Source of the DNA: Myxococcota bacterium | GTDB taxonomy: Bacteria > Myxococcota_A > UBA9160 > UBA6930 | Direction: 5' to 3' | Length of the DNA: 64,000 nt | Assembly (NCBI GenBank): GCA_965223705.1 | Contig: OZ245015.1 | Span: 3,264,001-3,328,000, forward strand | Shown: positions 37,878 through 47,190 of the stretch, one piece after another | Position numbering within the stretch: position 1 is the stretch's first letter | How the letters are laid out: each line of letters begins with the position of its first letter | The notes under the pieces: generated by a model | Databases searched by the model: none | Told to the model about the DNA's origin: nothing | The model's input: only the letters and a program-made list of their open reading frames with translations | Position numbers and translations under genes: made by a program

Positions 37878-38903
37878 TTGGCACACGAGATTACGCTTCT
37901 ACCGTTCGGAATCACCTTCGCGTGCGAAGAGGACGAATCGATTCTCGACGCCTCGATTCGCCAAGGCATACAACTTCGCTACGGATGCAAGCACGGAGGC
38001 TGCGGGAGCTGTAAAGCCCAGATCGCCGATGGAGAGGTGGACGTCGAAGAAGCTTCGACGTTCGCGTTGATGGACTACGAGCGCGCCCAGGGACTCGCGC
38101 TGTTGTGCTCGGCCTATCCACTGTCGGACATCTCGATCGCGCTCGCGGATGACTACGAAGAAGCGGATTTGCATGGCGGAATCCCGGTCGGGGACTTCCG
38201 AGCGCAGGTCCGCGACGTGACGGAGTTGACCCACGACATCACGCACTTAGCGCTCACGGTGACGGACCCTTCTCCCATGGAGTTCCGAGCGGGCCAATAC
38301 GTCGAGATCAACGTGCCGGGAAGCGATGAATGGCGCGCATTTTCCATGGCCAACGCACCGAGCGACGCCGGACAGCTCGACCTCGTCCTCAAGATCCTCC
38401 CGGACGGGCTGTTCTCCCAACACGTCGCATCTGCGATCCGCTCGGGCGATCAGCTGGACCTTCGCGGTCCCTTCGGCCAGTTTGTTCTCACGGAGGGCAC
38501 GGCGCCGATCGTCATGGTCGCCGGTGGCTCCGGCATGGCTCCAATCTGGGCGATGCTCGAACAACTGGTCGCCGAAGGCTCGAAGCGCCCGGTAACGTTC
38601 TTCTACGGCGCGCGGTCCGTGCGCGATCTCTTCTGGACGCGCAAAATCGAAGCGCTGGGAGCCGAACTGCCAGAGTTCACCTACGTCCCGGCAATCTCGG
38701 ATCCGCGTCCGGAAGACGAATGGTCGGGTGAAGTCGGCCTCGTCACCGAGGTTGTCGACCGGCGCTGCGAGAGCTTGCGAGGGAGCGAGGCCTATCTGTG
38801 CGGCCCGCCGGCCATGATCGACGCGGCGATCGACGTACTCCGCGGAAAGGGCCTCTTCTCGACGCGAATTCGCTTCGACAAGTTCGTCAGCTCCGAGAGC
38901 TGA
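37878..38903 (+). CDS. SDIMO-2 reductase (2Fe-2S/FAD/NAD(P)H)
   Basis: CKHGGCGSC...C, RAFSMAN, AGGSGMAP, YLCGPP, C-terminal FDKF; probable TTG start at 37878. Confidence 0.92.
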   Translation: MAHEITLLPFGITFACEEDESILDASIRQGIQLRYGCKHGGCGSCKAQIADGEVDVEEASTFALMDYERAQGLALLCSAYPLSDISIALADDYEEADLHGGIPVGDFRAQVRDVTELTHDITHLALTVTDPSPMEFRAGQYVEINVPGSDEWRAFSMANAPSDAGQLDLVLKILPDGLFSQHVASAIRSGDQLDLRGPFGQFVLTEGTAPIVMVAGGSGMAPIWAMLEQLVAEGSKRPVTFFYGARSVRDLFWTRKIEALGAELPEFTYVPAISDPRPEDEWSGEVGLVTEVVDRRCESLRGSEAYLCGPPAMIDAAIDVLRGKGLFSTRIRFDKFVSSES

Positions 38904-38923
38904 GTCCGCGGTATGCTCCCGCT

Positions 38924-39328
38924 ATGGACGATCACGCACGCGACGAGTTAGCTCGGGCGACTCGAGAATTCACGGACGCCTTCAACCGAAACGACCTGGA
39001 TTCGGTGTTGTCGCACTTTGCGCAGCACAAAGCGGTTTACGAGCAATTCGATGGTCGGATCGCGGACGGCCTCGAGGCGATTCGCGACGCGCTCGTGCCC
39101 CAGTTCCGGGGTGATTTCGGCGAGATGAAGTTTCTCGAGGAAGATGCGTTTGTCGATCCCGAACAGCGCAAGACACTGATTCGGTGGCGCTGCACCCTCG
39201 ACACTCGACAGGGCCCCGCGAGCTGGCGTGGGCTCGATATCCTGCACTTCGATGCCGACGGAAAAATCCGCGCGAAGCTGACCTACGCCAAGGCGAAGAA
39301 GCTCGCCTTGGAGAACGACCCCGGCTAG
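38924..39328 (+). CDS. SnoaL/NTF2-like protein
   Basis: F.DAFNRNDLD...F, G.EAIR, W.GLDILHF..DGKI..K motifs; 20 bp after the reductase stop. Confidence 0.85.
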   Translation: MDDHARDELARATREFTDAFNRNDLDSVLSHFAQHKAVYEQFDGRIADGLEAIRDALVPQFRGDFGEMKFLEEDAFVDPEQRKTLIRWRCTLDTRQGPASWRGLDILHFDADGKIRAKLTYAKAKKLALENDPG

Positions 39329-40566
39329 AAGAAGACGAACGACCTCACCACGACGTTCTTGCGGCACCGCGCGTCTCCGGGTGCCGTCGGATCGACGCAT
39401 GCGGAGTGGAAGGACCAGCGCGACACCGAGCCGTCGCGAACCGAGTCGTAGCACTTCAGCATGGAGACCTCGGTGGAAGTCTGCTGCGGAATCCAATACC
39501 ACTCGTGGTCGGGGCGGTGCGTGAAGCGCGTCGTTTCTCCAACGCGGTCGTCGTAGATGCGATAGTTCGTAATGTAGGGCTGGTCCGCGAACGAAGGCCA
39601 CGCACACAGCACAAACGGGTACTGCTCCACCGTCTCCATGGGCTTGGCCAAGTTGATCGACATGAACCGGCGCGACATCTTCGCGTCGGCTTCCGCTTCG
39701 GTGTAGTGCTGCTCGCGTCCGAAGTTTCGCAGGTTCTTCGTCAGGAGCTCGCGACAGCGGACGCGCCCGCTGTTGTCGTTGAGATCGTTGTGAACGATGT
39801 TGGCGTAGAAGTTGTTGACGCCCGGATTCTTATTGTCCTGATCCTCGGTGCGGTCGCCCTCGTAATCCTTGTCGAAGACGTCGTGGTTGTAGACGAGCGC
39901 GTCGGTCGCCCCTGGGAAGAACTCGAGGAGCAGCTTCTCCATCTCGGGGTAGAAAACGCGCTCGACTTCCGCGGCGTCGTAAAAGTTCTCGCACTTGGAC
40001 TCGCAGTGGGCCAAAGAGACACCGAGGCGATCCATGCATTCCGGGCTGCTGGGCGAGAGACCGGGATAGTACGTCGCGATCCTTCGCGCGTCGCGCAGGA
40101 CTTGCGGGAAATAGAGACAGCGCCGGTCGTTGTCGCGTTCGTCCTTGCGGAGCGCGTGTGCGTCCGCTTCACGGGCCGGATCCCTCCACAAGGCGTTCGA
40201 CGAAACCACGGAATAGGAAGGTGCCTCGAAGATCGAGTAGCGAAGCGGCAGCACGACGCCGCCCTCCGGCGCGGTCAAGCCACTCTCGCGGATGTAGTCG
40301 ACGCACTCGGCCCATTTGCGGAAGCCGAGGCCCCATTTCGTCTCGATCGGCCCCGGCGGAGCGCTCTCGATCATGTCGGTGACGGCCTGACCCTCCCCAC
40401 TGGCGATCTGGTCGAGCGCCGCGCGGGTCGCCGCTTCCGTGCCTGCGTCGCCGCCTCGGTCGAGGGACATGTACGAGAGCCCACCGTTCGCCGCGATGGG
40501 CGGTGGCTGCCCTTCCGTGAGCTCGAGGGTCGGTACGAATGCCGAGGCTTCTTCGGCGTGATCCAT
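39325..40566 (-). CDS. CmcJ/NvfI/AsaB-like 2OG-Fe(II) oxidoreductase with an N-terminal extension
   Basis: VH.D (VHNDL), INL..P...V.QYP..LC, HEWYW.PQQ...EV..LKCYDS, FHSA..DP, R..V.VR..VF. Confidence 0.8.
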   Translation of the reverse strand: MDHAEEASAFVPTLELTEGQPPPIAANGGLSYMSLDRGGDAGTEAATRAALDQIASGEGQAVTDMIESAPPGPIETKWGLGFRKWAECVDYIRESGLTAPEGGVVLPLRYSIFEAPSYSVVSSNALWRDPAREADAHALRKDERDNDRRCLYFPQVLRDARRIATYYPGLSPSSPECMDRLGVSLAHCESKCENFYDAAEVERVFYPEMEKLLLEFFPGATDALVYNHDVFDKDYEGDRTEDQDNKNPGVNNFYANIVHNDLNDNSGRVRCRELLTKNLRNFGREQHYTEAEADAKMSRRFMSINLAKPMETVEQYPFVLCAWPSFADQPYITNYRIYDDRVGETTRFTHRPDHEWYWIPQQTSTEVSMLKCYDSVRDGSVSRWSFHSACVDPTAPGDARCRKNVVVRSFVFF

Positions 40567-40655
40567 GAGCGGGTCTCCGATCGGGTGCCCTACATCGTGA
40601 CACAATCGGCGCGGATCGGCCTATCGGGGGCGGGATTGCAGCGCGAGCCCTCGGG

Positions 40656-41354
40656 CTAGTTCGCGGCACCCGTGCGAAACGCCTGTGCGGAGAGCCCCTG
40701 GGCAGTTCCTCCCGCGTAGTGTGCATAACGCGGAATGAAGTACGCGAGATCGTGACAGGTCTCGGCGACGGCGGGCCGTTCCGCCACGACCGCGAGCCAG
40801 CGGCGCAAGCGGGCACAGTCCCCGGGAATCCGTAGGCCACGGTAGTGCTCGAAAACAGGGACGCGCTCGAAGAACGGAAAGAAGGCCGCGTCGACCAAGC
40901 TCATCTGCGGGCCCAGCCAGTACGGTCCGTCGCCCTGAAGCGCCTCGAGGCGCCCCTCGAGAAATCGCATCCCGTCCTCGACCTCACCGCGCAGCTCCGC
41001 CTGCTCCGCGGGCTCTTGCGAGAAGAGCATGCGATAGAGCACCGGCAAGAACACGTTGTCCAAATGTCGGATCTCGCCCCGCATGACGGCCAGTCCACGC
41101 TCATCGCCCGGGCGCAGCGCCTCGCCGGGAAAGCTGCCGTCCAGGTATTCGTTCACGATCGCGGATTCCCACAAGACGAAGTCGCCGTGGCGGATGACAG
41201 GAACGCGGCCCGTCGGCGTGAGCTCGATCAGCCAGTCCGGCTTGTCGTCGAGATCGATCTCGACTTGCTCGTGGGCGATCCCCTTCTCTCCCAGGACAAT
41301 GCGTGTTCGTTGCGCGTAGGGACAGACTTCTGCGGTGTAGAGGGTGAGGCTCAT
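40656..41354 (-). CDS. glutathione S-transferase (omega-like, CPYA active site)
   Basis: CPYAQR, P.GRVPV, ESAIVNEYLD, SLVDAAFFPFFER. Confidence 0.9.
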   Translation of the reverse strand: MSLTLYTAEVCPYAQRTRIVLGEKGIAHEQVEIDLDDKPDWLIELTPTGRVPVIRHGDFVLWESAIVNEYLDGSFPGEALRPGDERGLAVMRGEIRHLDNVFLPVLYRMLFSQEPAEQAELRGEVEDGMRFLEGRLEALQGDGPYWLGPQMSLVDAAFFPFFERVPVFEHYRGLRIPGDCARLRRWLAVVAERPAVAETCHDLAYFIPRYAHYAGGTAQGLSAQAFRTGAAN

Positions 41355-41443
41355 CGCGAGGCAGTTTAGCCGAGTTGGATTCCCAGAGACGGTCGGGAGC
41401 CGATTCCCTACAATGGCGTGCGACCCATCAAACGGAGCTCATC

Positions 41444-41914
41444 GTGAACATACCCACGACGCCCGCGCAGTTCGCGGATACGTACGACACCGACAAGCTC
41501 GACTGGATTCGCGTTACGGGGACACCCCGTTTCACGTATCCCATCGACTACTGGGTCGCGGTGCTCGGCGTTGACGAGGCAGCGGGACGGATCGACTTCC
41601 TCTCGCGCTGGGAGCCCGACTCCTATTGTCACTACCACCGCCACTTGGGAGAGACATCGCTTCTCGTCCTCGAGGGCGAACATCACGTCGTCGAGACGAC
41701 CGAGACCGAGACCATTCACAAGACGCGGCGACCGGGATTCTTCACCACGAACCCCGGCGGTGACTTGCATATGGAGTACGGCGGCCCCGACGGCACCCTG
41801 GTCTATTTCAGCTGCCTCGCCGTAGATGGCAAGGTGTTCGACGTCGTCGGGGACAACGACCGGATTCTCAAGACCGCGACCGTCGAAGACTTTACGTCCG
41901 GAAAAATCGCCTAA
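41444..41914 (+). CDS. cupin-fold protein (ChrR/2,4'-dihydroxyacetophenone dioxygenase-like)
   Basis: RWEPDSYCHYHRH, VLEGEH, GDLHMEYGG; GTG start after GGAG. Confidence 0.7.
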   Translation: MNIPTTPAQFADTYDTDKLDWIRVTGTPRFTYPIDYWVAVLGVDEAAGRIDFLSRWEPDSYCHYHRHLGETSLLVLEGEHHVVETTETETIHKTRRPGFFTTNPGGDLHMEYGGPDGTLVYFSCLAVDGKVFDVVGDNDRILKTATVEDFTSGKIA

Positions 41915-41918
41915 CCGA

Positions 41919-42548
41919 CTACCGAAAGACCGTTCGAAGCGTCAGGTTGATCCGCGGGCGGGCGATGCGCTTTCGCTTCGGCAACTGATGGGCCCACCGC
42001 GTCTGTGATCCCCGCCCCATGAGCAGAAGAGAACCGTGGCGGAGAGCGCACTTCACGTGGGGAAGCTCGCGCCGGTAACGGTGCCTGAGCACGAAATCGC
42101 GGGTCTCTCCAAAACTCACCGAGCCGATGATCGGGTCTTCCCCGAACTCCTTCTCGTCGTCACTGTGCCAGCCGACGCTGTCGTTCCCGTCGCGATACAG
42201 CGTGACCAACACGCCGTTGAACGAAACCCCCGTGAGCTTCCGCACGCGCTCCCGAATGGCATTGAGGGGGTCGGTCATGGCAAGGGGCTCGACCTGCAGA
42301 CCCGAGTAGCAAAGCGTCAGGCCCTCCTCCGCATACCAGGCTTGAAGGCGAGGAATCGGCACAAGTTTTCCGTGAATCCGGATCCGATCGCTGCGCCAGG
42401 GAGTCTCGGCGCGGAGCGACTCAAAAAATCGATCGGACTCCGCCGCGGAGAACGCGCGTGGGTAGTAATCCAACTCGGCGTCAGCCAGACCGATCGACTG
42501 TTTCTGTGCGGAAGCAGCCCCCACCGCGAACAGCGATTGCTGAGTCAA
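41919..42548 (-). CDS. alkB: AlkB-family (ALKBH2/3-like) 2OG-Fe(II) dioxygenase, alkylated-DNA repair
   Basis: PRLQAWY, YRDGNDSVGWHSDDE, HGSLLLM, W.HQLPK, RINLT.R. Confidence 0.88.
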   Translation of the reverse strand: MTQQSLFAVGAASAQKQSIGLADAELDYYPRAFSAAESDRFFESLRAETPWRSDRIRIHGKLVPIPRLQAWYAEEGLTLCYSGLQVEPLAMTDPLNAIRERVRKLTGVSFNGVLVTLYRDGNDSVGWHSDDEKEFGEDPIIGSVSFGETRDFVLRHRYRRELPHVKCALRHGSLLLMGRGSQTRWAHQLPKRKRIARPRINLTLRTVFR

Positions 42549-42560
42549 CGCGCCGTGCCG

Positions 42561-44150
42561 TCAGCCCAGCTGGAACCCGGCGTAGCCCGAGGCGGCGACT
42601 TCGTCACACTTCTCTCGGTAGACCGCCATACCTCCGATGTACGGCATGAAGATACGCGGCTTGCCAGGGACATTCGCGCCGACGTACCAAGACGCCGCCT
42701 CGGGAAAGAGCGTCGCGTCGGCGACTTGGTTGACGTGATCCACCCAGGATTGCTCGGCGTCGGGGAGTGCCTCGATGACATCGTGCCGGTGATCTCTCAG
42801 GTAGACCAAACAGTCCGCGATCCATTCGACGTGCTGCTCGATCGACAGAATCATGTTCGACATGACCGAAGGGCTCCCCGGTCCCGTGATCATGAACAGA
42901 TTCGGGAATCCCTCCACGGCGAGCCCGAGATAGGTGCGCGGGCCCTCGCTCCATTTTTCCTTCAGGGGGCGCCCGCCCTTGCCGCGGAGGTCGACGTTCT
43001 CCACGGCACCCGTCATCGCGTCGAAACCCGTCGCCAGCACGATCGCATCGTAAGGATGCTCCGCCTCGGACGTCTGCACGCCATCCTCGGTGATGCGCTG
43101 GATCGGCGTCTTGCGAAGGTCGACGAGCTTTACGTGGGATTGGTTGAATGTCGCGTAGTAGTCGGTGTCGAGGCAGATTCTTTTCGTGCCGATCGGGAAA
43201 CTCGTCGGACACAGCAGTTCCGCCGTCTCGGGATCGTGCACGACCTCACGAATCTTTCCCCGCACGAAATCCGCAGCCGTCGCGTTCGCAGCCTTGTCGA
43301 TGAGCAGATCGTTGAACTGCTGCATCACCGCCACGATTTCGCCCCGTTCCCAAGCCGCCTGGTATTTGCGCTCGCGTTCGGCGGCGTCGACCTCGAACGC
43401 ACCCGTATCGAGCGGGGCATCGGGCACGCCGAACGAGGAATGGCGCGAACGGTGACGATGTTCGGGGTAGCGCGCTTTCCAAGCCTCGCGCTCGTCTTCC
43501 GCAAGTTCGCGGTTATAGGCCGGGAGACTGAAAGCCGGCGTGCGTTGGTAGACGGTGAGTTCGGACGCTTGCTTCGCGATCAGGGGAATCGATTGAATCG
43601 CCGAGGAACCGGTGCCGACGACACCGACGCGCATCCCGCTGAAATCGACGCCTTCCTCGGGCCAGCGAGCGGTGTGGTAGACCTCTCCTTCGAAGCTCTC
43701 GAGGCCCTCGATATCGACTTCTTTCGGCACGGAGAGGCAGCCCGTCGCGAACACGCAATACGCCGCTTCGAACGCCTCGCCCGCTTCGGTCCGAATCCGC
43801 CAGCACGTGTTCTCCTCGTCGAAGTGAGCCGATGAGACCCGCGTATCGAATTGGATATCGCGCCGAAGGTCGTAACGGTCGGCGACGTGATTCGCATAGC
43901 GGAGGATTTCCGCCTGGGGCGCGTATTTCTCACTCCAGTTCCATTCGCGCTGGAGCTCTTCGTCGAAGGAGAAGCAGTAGTCCATACTTTGGACGTCGCA
44001 GCGCGCGCCCGGATAGCGGTTCCAGTACCAAGTACCGCCCACGCCGGAGCCCGCCTCGAGCACTCGGACGGAAAAGCCCAGCCCCCGGAACTTGTAGAGC
44101 GAGTACATCCCCGCAAAACCCGCTCCGACCACAATGACGTCGTACTGCAT
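42561..44150 (-). CDS. type I Baeyer-Villiger monooxygenase (cyclohexanone/phenylacetone monooxygenase-like)
   Basis: GAGFAG, GGTWYWNRYPGARCD, FEGEVYHTARWP, GTGSSA, SWYVGANVPGKPR. Confidence 0.93.
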   Translation of the reverse strand: MQYDVIVVGAGFAGMYSLYKFRGLGFSVRVLEAGSGVGGTWYWNRYPGARCDVQSMDYCFSFDEELQREWNWSEKYAPQAEILRYANHVADRYDLRRDIQFDTRVSSAHFDEENTCWRIRTEAGEAFEAAYCVFATGCLSVPKEVDIEGLESFEGEVYHTARWPEEGVDFSGMRVGVVGTGSSAIQSIPLIAKQASELTVYQRTPAFSLPAYNRELAEDEREAWKARYPEHRHRSRHSSFGVPDAPLDTGAFEVDAAERERKYQAAWERGEIVAVMQQFNDLLIDKAANATAADFVRGKIREVVHDPETAELLCPTSFPIGTKRICLDTDYYATFNQSHVKLVDLRKTPIQRITEDGVQTSEAEHPYDAIVLATGFDAMTGAVENVDLRGKGGRPLKEKWSEGPRTYLGLAVEGFPNLFMITGPGSPSVMSNMILSIEQHVEWIADCLVYLRDHRHDVIEALPDAEQSWVDHVNQVADATLFPEAASWYVGANVPGKPRIFMPYIGGMAVYREKCDEVAASGYAGFQLG

Positions 44151-44258
44151 TCCCTGTCTCCTCCGGCCCGAAAGGCCCCGCTAGTTTACCCGGCCTCTCC
44201 CGACCCCTCGAGTCTGGTAGAATGCTCGGCGCCAATCACCCAAGCCCCGAGGTCCAAG

Positions 44259-44705
44259 ATGACTACCGTCCCTTTCAGCCTCTATGACCAGGAAATCAGC
44301 TGGCAACCCTTCGCCGGGATCGAAAATCTCGAGCTCTCTCTGTGCGACGTCGATCCCAGGCGCGGTATCGTGGACCTGGTGGTGCGCTTTGCACCGAACA
44401 AGACGGTGACGATGCACAATCATCTCGCCCCGACCAATATGTTCATCATTCAAGGGGAGCTTCGGATGTACGAGCCCGACGGCTCGGTACGCGAAGCCCG
44501 TAGTGCTGGACACTACTTCCCGGGTACCACGAACGATGTCCACAGCGAGGGGGGCGGCCCCGATGGCGCCGTCGTCTTCTACAGCGTTCGCTCCGACGGA
44601 AACGCCGCACTGTTCGAGGTGATGAACGACGATCAGACCGTCGCCGCGACCGTGACGATGGACGACGTCATGGCTCTTTGGGAAGCCCAGCAGGCCGCTG
44701 CCTAG
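44259..44705 (+). CDS. cupin-fold protein (paralog family of 41444 and 61753)
   Basis: DLVVRFAPN...MHNH, IIQGEL, DVHSEGGGPDG; ATG after GAGG. Confidence 0.7.
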   Translation: MTTVPFSLYDQEISWQPFAGIENLELSLCDVDPRRGIVDLVVRFAPNKTVTMHNHLAPTNMFIIQGELRMYEPDGSVREARSAGHYFPGTTNDVHSEGGGPDGAVVFYSVRSDGNAALFEVMNDDQTVAATVTMDDVMALWEAQQAAA

Positions 44706-44746
44706 GGTTCTTTAGGGTCCCCTGCGGCGGGCTACACTCCGGCGCG

Positions 44747-45871
44747 ATGAAATTCCACGTAATCGTCTACTGCACGATGGGCACCCGCGCCGAAATTGAA
44801 CTCGGCATGGCGGGTAAGCGCCCCGAACTCTACCAGCGCATGCTCCGCAATTTGCGCGAATACATCGAGATCTGTGATGAAGGGGGCTTCGAAGGCTTCG
44901 GGCACCCCGAACATCACCTGCAGATCGAGGGCATGGAGGCGACGGGAAGCCCAGGCATCCTCAGCATGTTCATCGGCCAGCACGCGAAGCGGATGAAGGT
45001 CGACATCCTCGGTTACGTCATGAGCACCCACAATCCGCTGCGGGTCGCCGAGGACGTCGCGATGATGGACCACATGTTGGAAGGCCGGCTCAACGTCGCC
45101 TTTGTTCGCGGCTACCAAGCGCGTTGGGTGCAGAACTACGCCACGCGCGCCGAGTTTCACCCGGTCGGCCCGTGGAACAAGCAGAGCGAAGACGACCGCC
45201 GCAATCGGCGGGCTTTCGAGGAAGCGGTCGCAATCGTTAAACGCGCCTGGACCGAGGACACCTTCTCTCACCGCGGTGAGTTCTGGACGATTCCGCCGGA
45301 GGGAGCGAAGAACCCGCATCCCATGGATGCGTACACCCGCTATGGAGCCGGGGTCGACGATGCGATGCAGATCCACGAAGTCGGCATCGCGCCCCGGCCG
45401 TTCCAGTCACCGCACCCGCCGCTCTATGCGGGCTTTACACACAGTACGGAGTCGGTCCGTTTCTGGGGACGCGAAGGCGGAAAGCCGATCGTGATTCTGC
45501 TGAACGAAGAACTCTGCGCGAAGCTACGCGACGCGCTCCGCGAAGAAGCGGAGAAGGCGGATCGCTGTGTGACGCCCGGAACGGAGTTGGCGCTCGGCGG
45601 CCAGCTCGTGCTGGCGCGCAGCGACGCCGAAGCGCGTGCGATTCAGAACGACACGGACTGGTTCTGGAGCCAGTGGGGCGTGCCGTTCGGCTTGGGCACG
45701 CCGGAGTACATCATCGGAGACGCCGACACGATTTCCCGGCAAATCGAGCGCGCCGAGAAGATCGGGACCGACGAGATGTTTTTCCTGTTGGGCGATGGGC
45801 TCCTCGACCACGACATTGTGAAGCGTACGCTTGAAACGTTCTCGGAGAGGGTCCTTCCGCGTTTCTCGTAG
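44747..45871 (+). CDS. LLM-class flavin-dependent oxidoreductase (related to 2212..3477)
   Basis: PEHHLQIEG, HNPLRVAED.AMMDHM.EGR, RGYQARW, PRPFQSPHPP. Confidence 0.88.
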   Translation: MKFHVIVYCTMGTRAEIELGMAGKRPELYQRMLRNLREYIEICDEGGFEGFGHPEHHLQIEGMEATGSPGILSMFIGQHAKRMKVDILGYVMSTHNPLRVAEDVAMMDHMLEGRLNVAFVRGYQARWVQNYATRAEFHPVGPWNKQSEDDRRNRRAFEEAVAIVKRAWTEDTFSHRGEFWTIPPEGAKNPHPMDAYTRYGAGVDDAMQIHEVGIAPRPFQSPHPPLYAGFTHSTESVRFWGREGGKPIVILLNEELCAKLRDALREEAEKADRCVTPGTELALGGQLVLARSDAEARAIQNDTDWFWSQWGVPFGLGTPEYIIGDADTISRQIERAEKIGTDEMFFLLGDGLLDHDIVKRTLETFSERVLPRFS

Positions 45872-45898
45872 CGATTCGCTACACGCTAAGATCTCGCC

Positions 45899-46789
45899 AT
45901 GTCTGTGCTCCCCGGAATCGTCGGCGTCTCGCGTCCAAACTTTCTGACGCTGTCCGTCATGCTCATCGCTTCGGCGACGGCTGCCGCACGCTGTGCGGGT
46001 CCGTGGTCGCTGGGCTCCGCTTTGCTGGCGCTCATCGGTTTGGTGGCGCTTCACGCCGCCGTCGATGCCATCAACGAAGGCGCGGATGCGATCTCGGGTA
46101 TTGACGATCGAACGGTGCGCACCCCGTTTAGCGGGGGCACCGGAACGATTCAGGCCGGGACGATCAGCGCGCGAGGCGCCTACCTGTGGGGCTTCGTCTG
46201 TTGCGCCATCGGCGCGGGAATTGGTGTCTGGTTCTTGCTGCGGGTCGGCGTTGCCCTACTCCCGATCTTGGCGCTCGGCGCGGTCTCGGTCCTCGCCTAT
46301 ACACACCTCTTGCTGCGAGTCGGCTTGGGTGAAGTCTTTGCTGGCCTGGGTCTTGGTGCACTTCCGGTACTCGGCGCGAGCATGATCCAATCCGGGGTCA
46401 TCCCACAGGAAGCCGCTGCGATCGCGGTTCCGTCTTTCTTCATGACGTTCAACTTGCTGCTGCTCGCGGAGTTCCCCGACACCGAGGCCGATGCTTTCGG
46501 CGGCCGGCGGCACCTCGTCATCCTGTTGGGTCGGCGCTATGCCGCGTGGGTCTACGCCGCTGCAGGTCTCGCTGCGCCCCTTTCGATTGCGGCGAGCGTC
46601 GCGATGGGATGGCTCCCGGCGGTTTGCTTGCTCGCGTGTCTCCCGACGCTGTTTCTAGTCCCTGCGTTTCGCTGGGCGTTTCTCGAGCCGGAACACCCGA
46701 CTCCGATTGCCGCCCTCACGGGCAACGTCATCTGGAATCTCTCAACTCACGCCGTACTCGCCGGTACGCTTTTTTGGGCGTGTTCCTAG
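45899..46789 (+). CDS. UbiA-superfamily prenyltransferase, MenA-like
   Basis: SRPNFL, NEGADAISGIDD, TPFSGG, EFPD.EAD..GGRR; multiple TM helices. Confidence 0.82.
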   Translation: MSVLPGIVGVSRPNFLTLSVMLIASATAAARCAGPWSLGSALLALIGLVALHAAVDAINEGADAISGIDDRTVRTPFSGGTGTIQAGTISARGAYLWGFVCCAIGAGIGVWFLLRVGVALLPILALGAVSVLAYTHLLLRVGLGEVFAGLGLGALPVLGASMIQSGVIPQEAAAIAVPSFFMTFNLLLLAEFPDTEADAFGGRRHLVILLGRRYAAWVYAAAGLAAPLSIAASVAMGWLPAVCLLACLPTLFLVPAFRWAFLEPEHPTPIAALTGNVIWNLSTHAVLAGTLFWACS

Positions 46790-46804
46790 GAGGTAAGGAA
46801 TCAC

Positions 46805-47185
46805 ATGGACCATGACCGTGAGATCCGCGAAATGTTCGCTTGTCTCGACCGAGACGGTGTGCCGGGCCTGTTCCCCTATCTCACCGAAGACGTGCTGTTT
46901 CGCTTCGCCGGCTACCCGGAAGGTCGGGGAAGAGAGACTTTCGCGACCGTCTGGGAGCAGATGTCGCCCAAGATTCGGACCCTGGAACACGCGATCGCCG
47001 AGACCATTCGATCGGGAGACACCATCTATTGCCACGGTACGGTGACGTACCACCTGTTCGATGCCGACCCCATCTGTGTGCCCTTCGCGAACCGGTTCTG
47101 CCTGGCGGGCGATCTCATCAGCGAATATCACATCTACGTCGATGCATCGCCGGTGTTCGGAGCGGCCCCTCCTCCCGAGAGCTAG
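46805..47185 (+). CDS. SnoaL/NTF2-like protein
   Basis: TEDV.FRFA..P...GR, G.VTY, PFAN.F...GDLISEYHIYVD. Confidence 0.8.
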   Translation: MDHDREIREMFACLDRDGVPGLFPYLTEDVLFRFAGYPEGRGRETFATVWEQMSPKIRTLEHAIAETIRSGDTIYCHGTVTYHLFDADPICVPFANRFCLAGDLISEYHIYVDASPVFGAAPPPES

Positions 47186-47190
47186 GCCCG

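Noticed and set aside
19795..38903. Calling either SDIMO a soluble methane monooxygenase or an aromatic ring/phenol hydroxylase
   Set aside because: Both are four-gene systems with no gamma subunit, MmoD or Rieske ferredoxin, and the residue four positions after the first DExRH His is Glu rather than the Cys of MmoX
1309..43835. Long antisense or alternate-frame ORFs (e.g. 1309..2904, 22271..23737, 36352..37884, 39184..40659, 42036..43835)
   Set aside because: They overlap well-supported genes on the opposite strand, lack motifs, and are expected shadows of high-GC codon bias
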